Positions 61,235 through 64,000 of a stretch of DNA of 64,000 nt are shown one piece after another. Within the stretch, counting starts at the first letter, position 1; each line of letters begins with the position of its first letter. The stretch covers positions 1,550,001 through 1,614,000 of the forward strand of contig ML978124.1 of the NCBI GenBank assembly GCA_010015805.1, read 5' to 3'. Made by a program: the position numbers and the translations under genes. The stretch is from Rhizodiscina lignyota. Its lineage: Eukaryota. The notes beneath the pieces were generated by a model. It saw nothing but the letters and a program-made list of their open reading frames with translations, was not told the DNA's origin and ran no database searches.

Positions 61235-61880
61235 CTTTGGCACCCGAGCTGATGGCTTCGTACTAACTCTAGAGTAGTGTCTTTTAAAGAATGAGAAACG
61301 TCTTCATATGAGAATCGAGAATTAGAGGTTTACAAAATGCTGGAAGTTAATTCAGAAGAAGGGTTTAAGCGCTGGTGTGACCTGATATCTTCTGATGGAA
61401 AGGCTTTGCGGTGTCGGACCGCTCGATGGAGCACTGGAGTCCGATTTCCCGGAAGAAGGTATAGCGCTTCGTAAGGACCCTATTTTTTCGCCCATGGGCA
61501 AGGGATATCTCTCCGATTGCTATTTAGCCAAGCATGATGGACTCCTTGGACGGCGTTTGTAAGACTACTTATTATTTCAAGTCCCAGAGAGTGTTCGCTC
61601 GCAGGAAACTACCTCCTCCCTATCCCCCTTAGCACTAGGGCATTCCCGGCCTCGGTACAGAATGAGAAATCCTATAATACACGAATGCACGTGCTCACGC
61701 GCTAGGACGTTCTGGGCACTCCTGACACTAAGAGCAACAGCAAATTCGAACAGTTATATTGAACTTAAGTTTTAGGTCTAATGTGGTTTTTCGACATGCA
61801 CACTGAATAACTAGTGGCATAACCGCAAAGGGCCCCCGCCCTTCCTAATAAACTCAGTCAGTCTGGTTTTCCTTACTGTC

Positions 61881-61919
61881 TTCCCGAATCGACGAGTTCG
61901 ATTCCGATTCGGGGAGCCA
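61881..61919 (+). other. Strong hairpin resembling a tRNA acceptor stem plus T-arm, ending in GCCA and followed by T-runs
   Basis: TTCCCGA-ATCG-acga-G-TTCGATT-CCGAT-TCGGGGA-G-CCA is followed by a T-rich tract at 61926-62017. Confidence 0.4.
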
Positions 61920-62326
61920 GTTAGGTTTTGCACTTTTATTTTCTAAATTCTTCCTTTTTTTAGAATCTAGATAGTATTTTTTTCTTTAAGAAACTACGCG
62001 TTGTTTTATTTTATTTTGGTTGACTTAGCTGTGATTCTTCATTGTTTGGCTCACTGCGCGGAGCACGTGACATGGCTAAGGGCCTCGGCACCGGATTAAC
62101 CACATTTCCAGTCGAAGGCTGGAAATATCAGTACCCAGAGCTAGGTGTCCTGACACCCCGGAGTTTAGGTACCAAAACTGGGAATGCCAGGCCTAGCGCT
62201 AAGGGAGATACAGCAGAGCGGGGACCTGACTCATTTTGTAATAGAAGAAGGTAGATACTCTTGAACGTACATATCTATTTTCGCATTGAATTATTTGAAT
62301 ACAGCGCGCGACTAGCCCTCTACTTC

Positions 62327-63657
62327 TTACACAATCTTCCGCCTCACGACTCTAACAATGTCTCTAAGACCTTTCAATCTCGAGTCTCTTGTTTCTCCAA
62401 GGTAAAGTGTGGCAACAGGCCAAGCATGAATACCACCTTTCGCTTCGTCGACCTCAACCTCCGGCCCAGCCTTCTTCAGCACACTTATCAGATTTCTCGT
62501 TTCTGGGCCGAGGACCTCTTCTGATCCAAACAAAAACAGCCAACCCTTCTTTGGCGATGCCCGAGACCATCTTGACAGATCCTTGCAGAGTCCAGGTGAA
62601 ACCATAGGATCATCTTGGGATACCTTGCGTCCAATGTATTGGGTACCGTAAAGATGTAAGCTGTCTGCGTTGAGGTAATCGCTCGGTGTATTTCGATTCT
62701 GTTTCGATATTATCGTGACCCAAGGAGAGATCATGATACTCATGGCTGGTAGCTTCGAGCAGCGTTCCGGAAGATCGGCCATATACAATAGCAGGCTCAA
62801 GATCAATGTAGCCCCGGCCGAGTCACCCCCAACGCAGATTTTTGAAGGGTCTTCCACAATTGAGAGGACATGCTGATAGCCCGCGAAACACTGCTGCACC
62901 TGTGTCGGGTAGACGGCGTCCGGCACGAGAGTGTACTCGAGGGTGAAGAGCGCAGGATTTCTATATCCCGACTCTTTCAGTAGCGTAACCCAAGCTAACA
63001 GGAATTCGAGGTAGAAGTAGCTTGACCCCATTGAGAAACCGCCCCCTACAAAAATCAGTCATTCACTCATGCTCCGGTGATGGGTCCTTGATGTCTTACC
63101 ATGGCAATAGTATATCACAATATCTGGCTTCTCATGCTCGTTCGGTATAATCCAAACGCCCTTAAAACCTTTCTATTTCCGGTTCAGTCATTAGCAGCCA
63201 TGAAAGAATAGTCACATACCCGATGAATCTCCCGCCAACGTATTGGAGACGTAAAATACCCATGCCTCAACATCCGGAAGTACAAGAACGGCAGTGCCAC
63301 CTGCTTCGAGAAGAAGACTCTCCCAATGTATGCTGGCATAAAGGCAAAGGCATATCGAACACATCTAATGACAAAGTCCTGGAATGCGGTCGCGTTCTGT
63401 ACAAAGGGTGATCGCCGTTGTCGAGGAGTAAAGTATCTCTCGTGCAGGAATTGATACGGCAATTGCACGCCTACGATTGCCGTCAACATTCTGACTTCAA
63501 ATCAGTATCAACGCGCTCCGATGCTCTTACAGAGGGACGGGGAAGCGCCTAACACCCATTTCGCGGTTTCGAAAAATCCAACATGAATGATTAGCTGCGG
63601 GGCGAGGAAAATCAGAAACACGAGACAGTCTAGATAGGATATCTGAGACAAAATCAT
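62327..63657 (-). CDS. Alpha/beta hydrolase-3 (HSL-like, steryl acetyl hydrolase-type) with N-terminal membrane segment (4 exons)
   Basis: MILSQISYLDCLVFLIFLAPQL leads to YCH|GGGF, LEYTLVPDAVYP, nucleophile motif GDSAG, ISPW and IHAWP. Confidence 0.9.
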
Positions 63658-63921
63658 TTCGTGCCTCGTTGCGCGAACGTCGAGAACTCAAAAGTTAGAG
63701 ATGGAAGGAGGAACGTCCGAAGGAGATGTATGATGACAGGACCGCGCCTACGCCAAGCCGGTTCAAGATCTCTCGCGAATCTTGAAATTTGGGGATGCCA
63801 TTATGTATTCGAGGAAAAGGAGACTTTTGCAAATCATCATGAACTCCAATTACCTTCAAGTGCTCCTTGTAGGGCTGAATCTCAGCCAGCAGAATCGGTT
63901 CCGTTGATAACCATTGACGCC

Positions 63922-63987
63922 CACGTGACAATTTGACGCGTCGCGCGGAAAAATTAGTTACCGCGAGAAGCTCGGGACATCGGGTAA
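63922..63987. promoter_or_regulatory. Motif cluster upstream of the hydrolase gene (possibly a divergent promoter)
   Basis: CACGTGA (63922), ACGCGT MCB-type site (63936) and Reb1-like CGGGTAA (63981) fall within about 65 bp. Confidence 0.3.
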
Positions 63988-64000
63988 CGGTTTTGTGGCT

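Noticed and set aside
1..64000. rRNA, complete tRNA, snRNA, TPP riboswitch, transposase or reverse transcriptase, PKS/NRPS cluster
   Set aside because: No diagnostic motifs were recognised by eye. A covariance-model and HMM scan would be needed to exclude them fully.

Overview
This is a gene-dense 64-kb segment of a filamentous ascomycete genome. Short GT-AG introns with CTRAC branch sites, a Zn2Cys6 factor and an Ecl1 gene point to Pezizomycotina; Dothideomycetes is only a guess. About 21 spliced protein genes can be modelled. Recognisable ones are an IAH1-like SGNH esterase, a CLC transporter, a PRR1-like kinase, a Zn(II)2Cys6 factor, AVT2, ECL1, VPS29, AGX1, a TPX2-motif protein, an NmrA-like protein, a DUF3445 protein, a BVMO/FMO, TTI1, STE14, a sugar O-acetyltransferase, a D-amino-acid oxidase and an alpha/beta hydrolase; the rest are orphans. 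The most unusual signal is a local family of ~130-220 bp fold-back repeats at 56.2-57.6 kb. One copy sits inside an abnormally long (349 nt) STE14 intron, the copies show a compensatory base-pair change, a Tourist/PIF-like MITE candidate lies beside them, and a further arm occurs at 61.6 kb. Other leads are a tRNA-minihelix-like hairpin ending in GCCA, a PTS2-bearing N-terminal extension on AGX1, a multi-intron leader with a stop-generating TAGTAG acceptor, and apparently decayed coding DNA on both sides of the transcription factor. All calls come from manual reading; no database searches were run. Feature coordinates span start to stop including introns.
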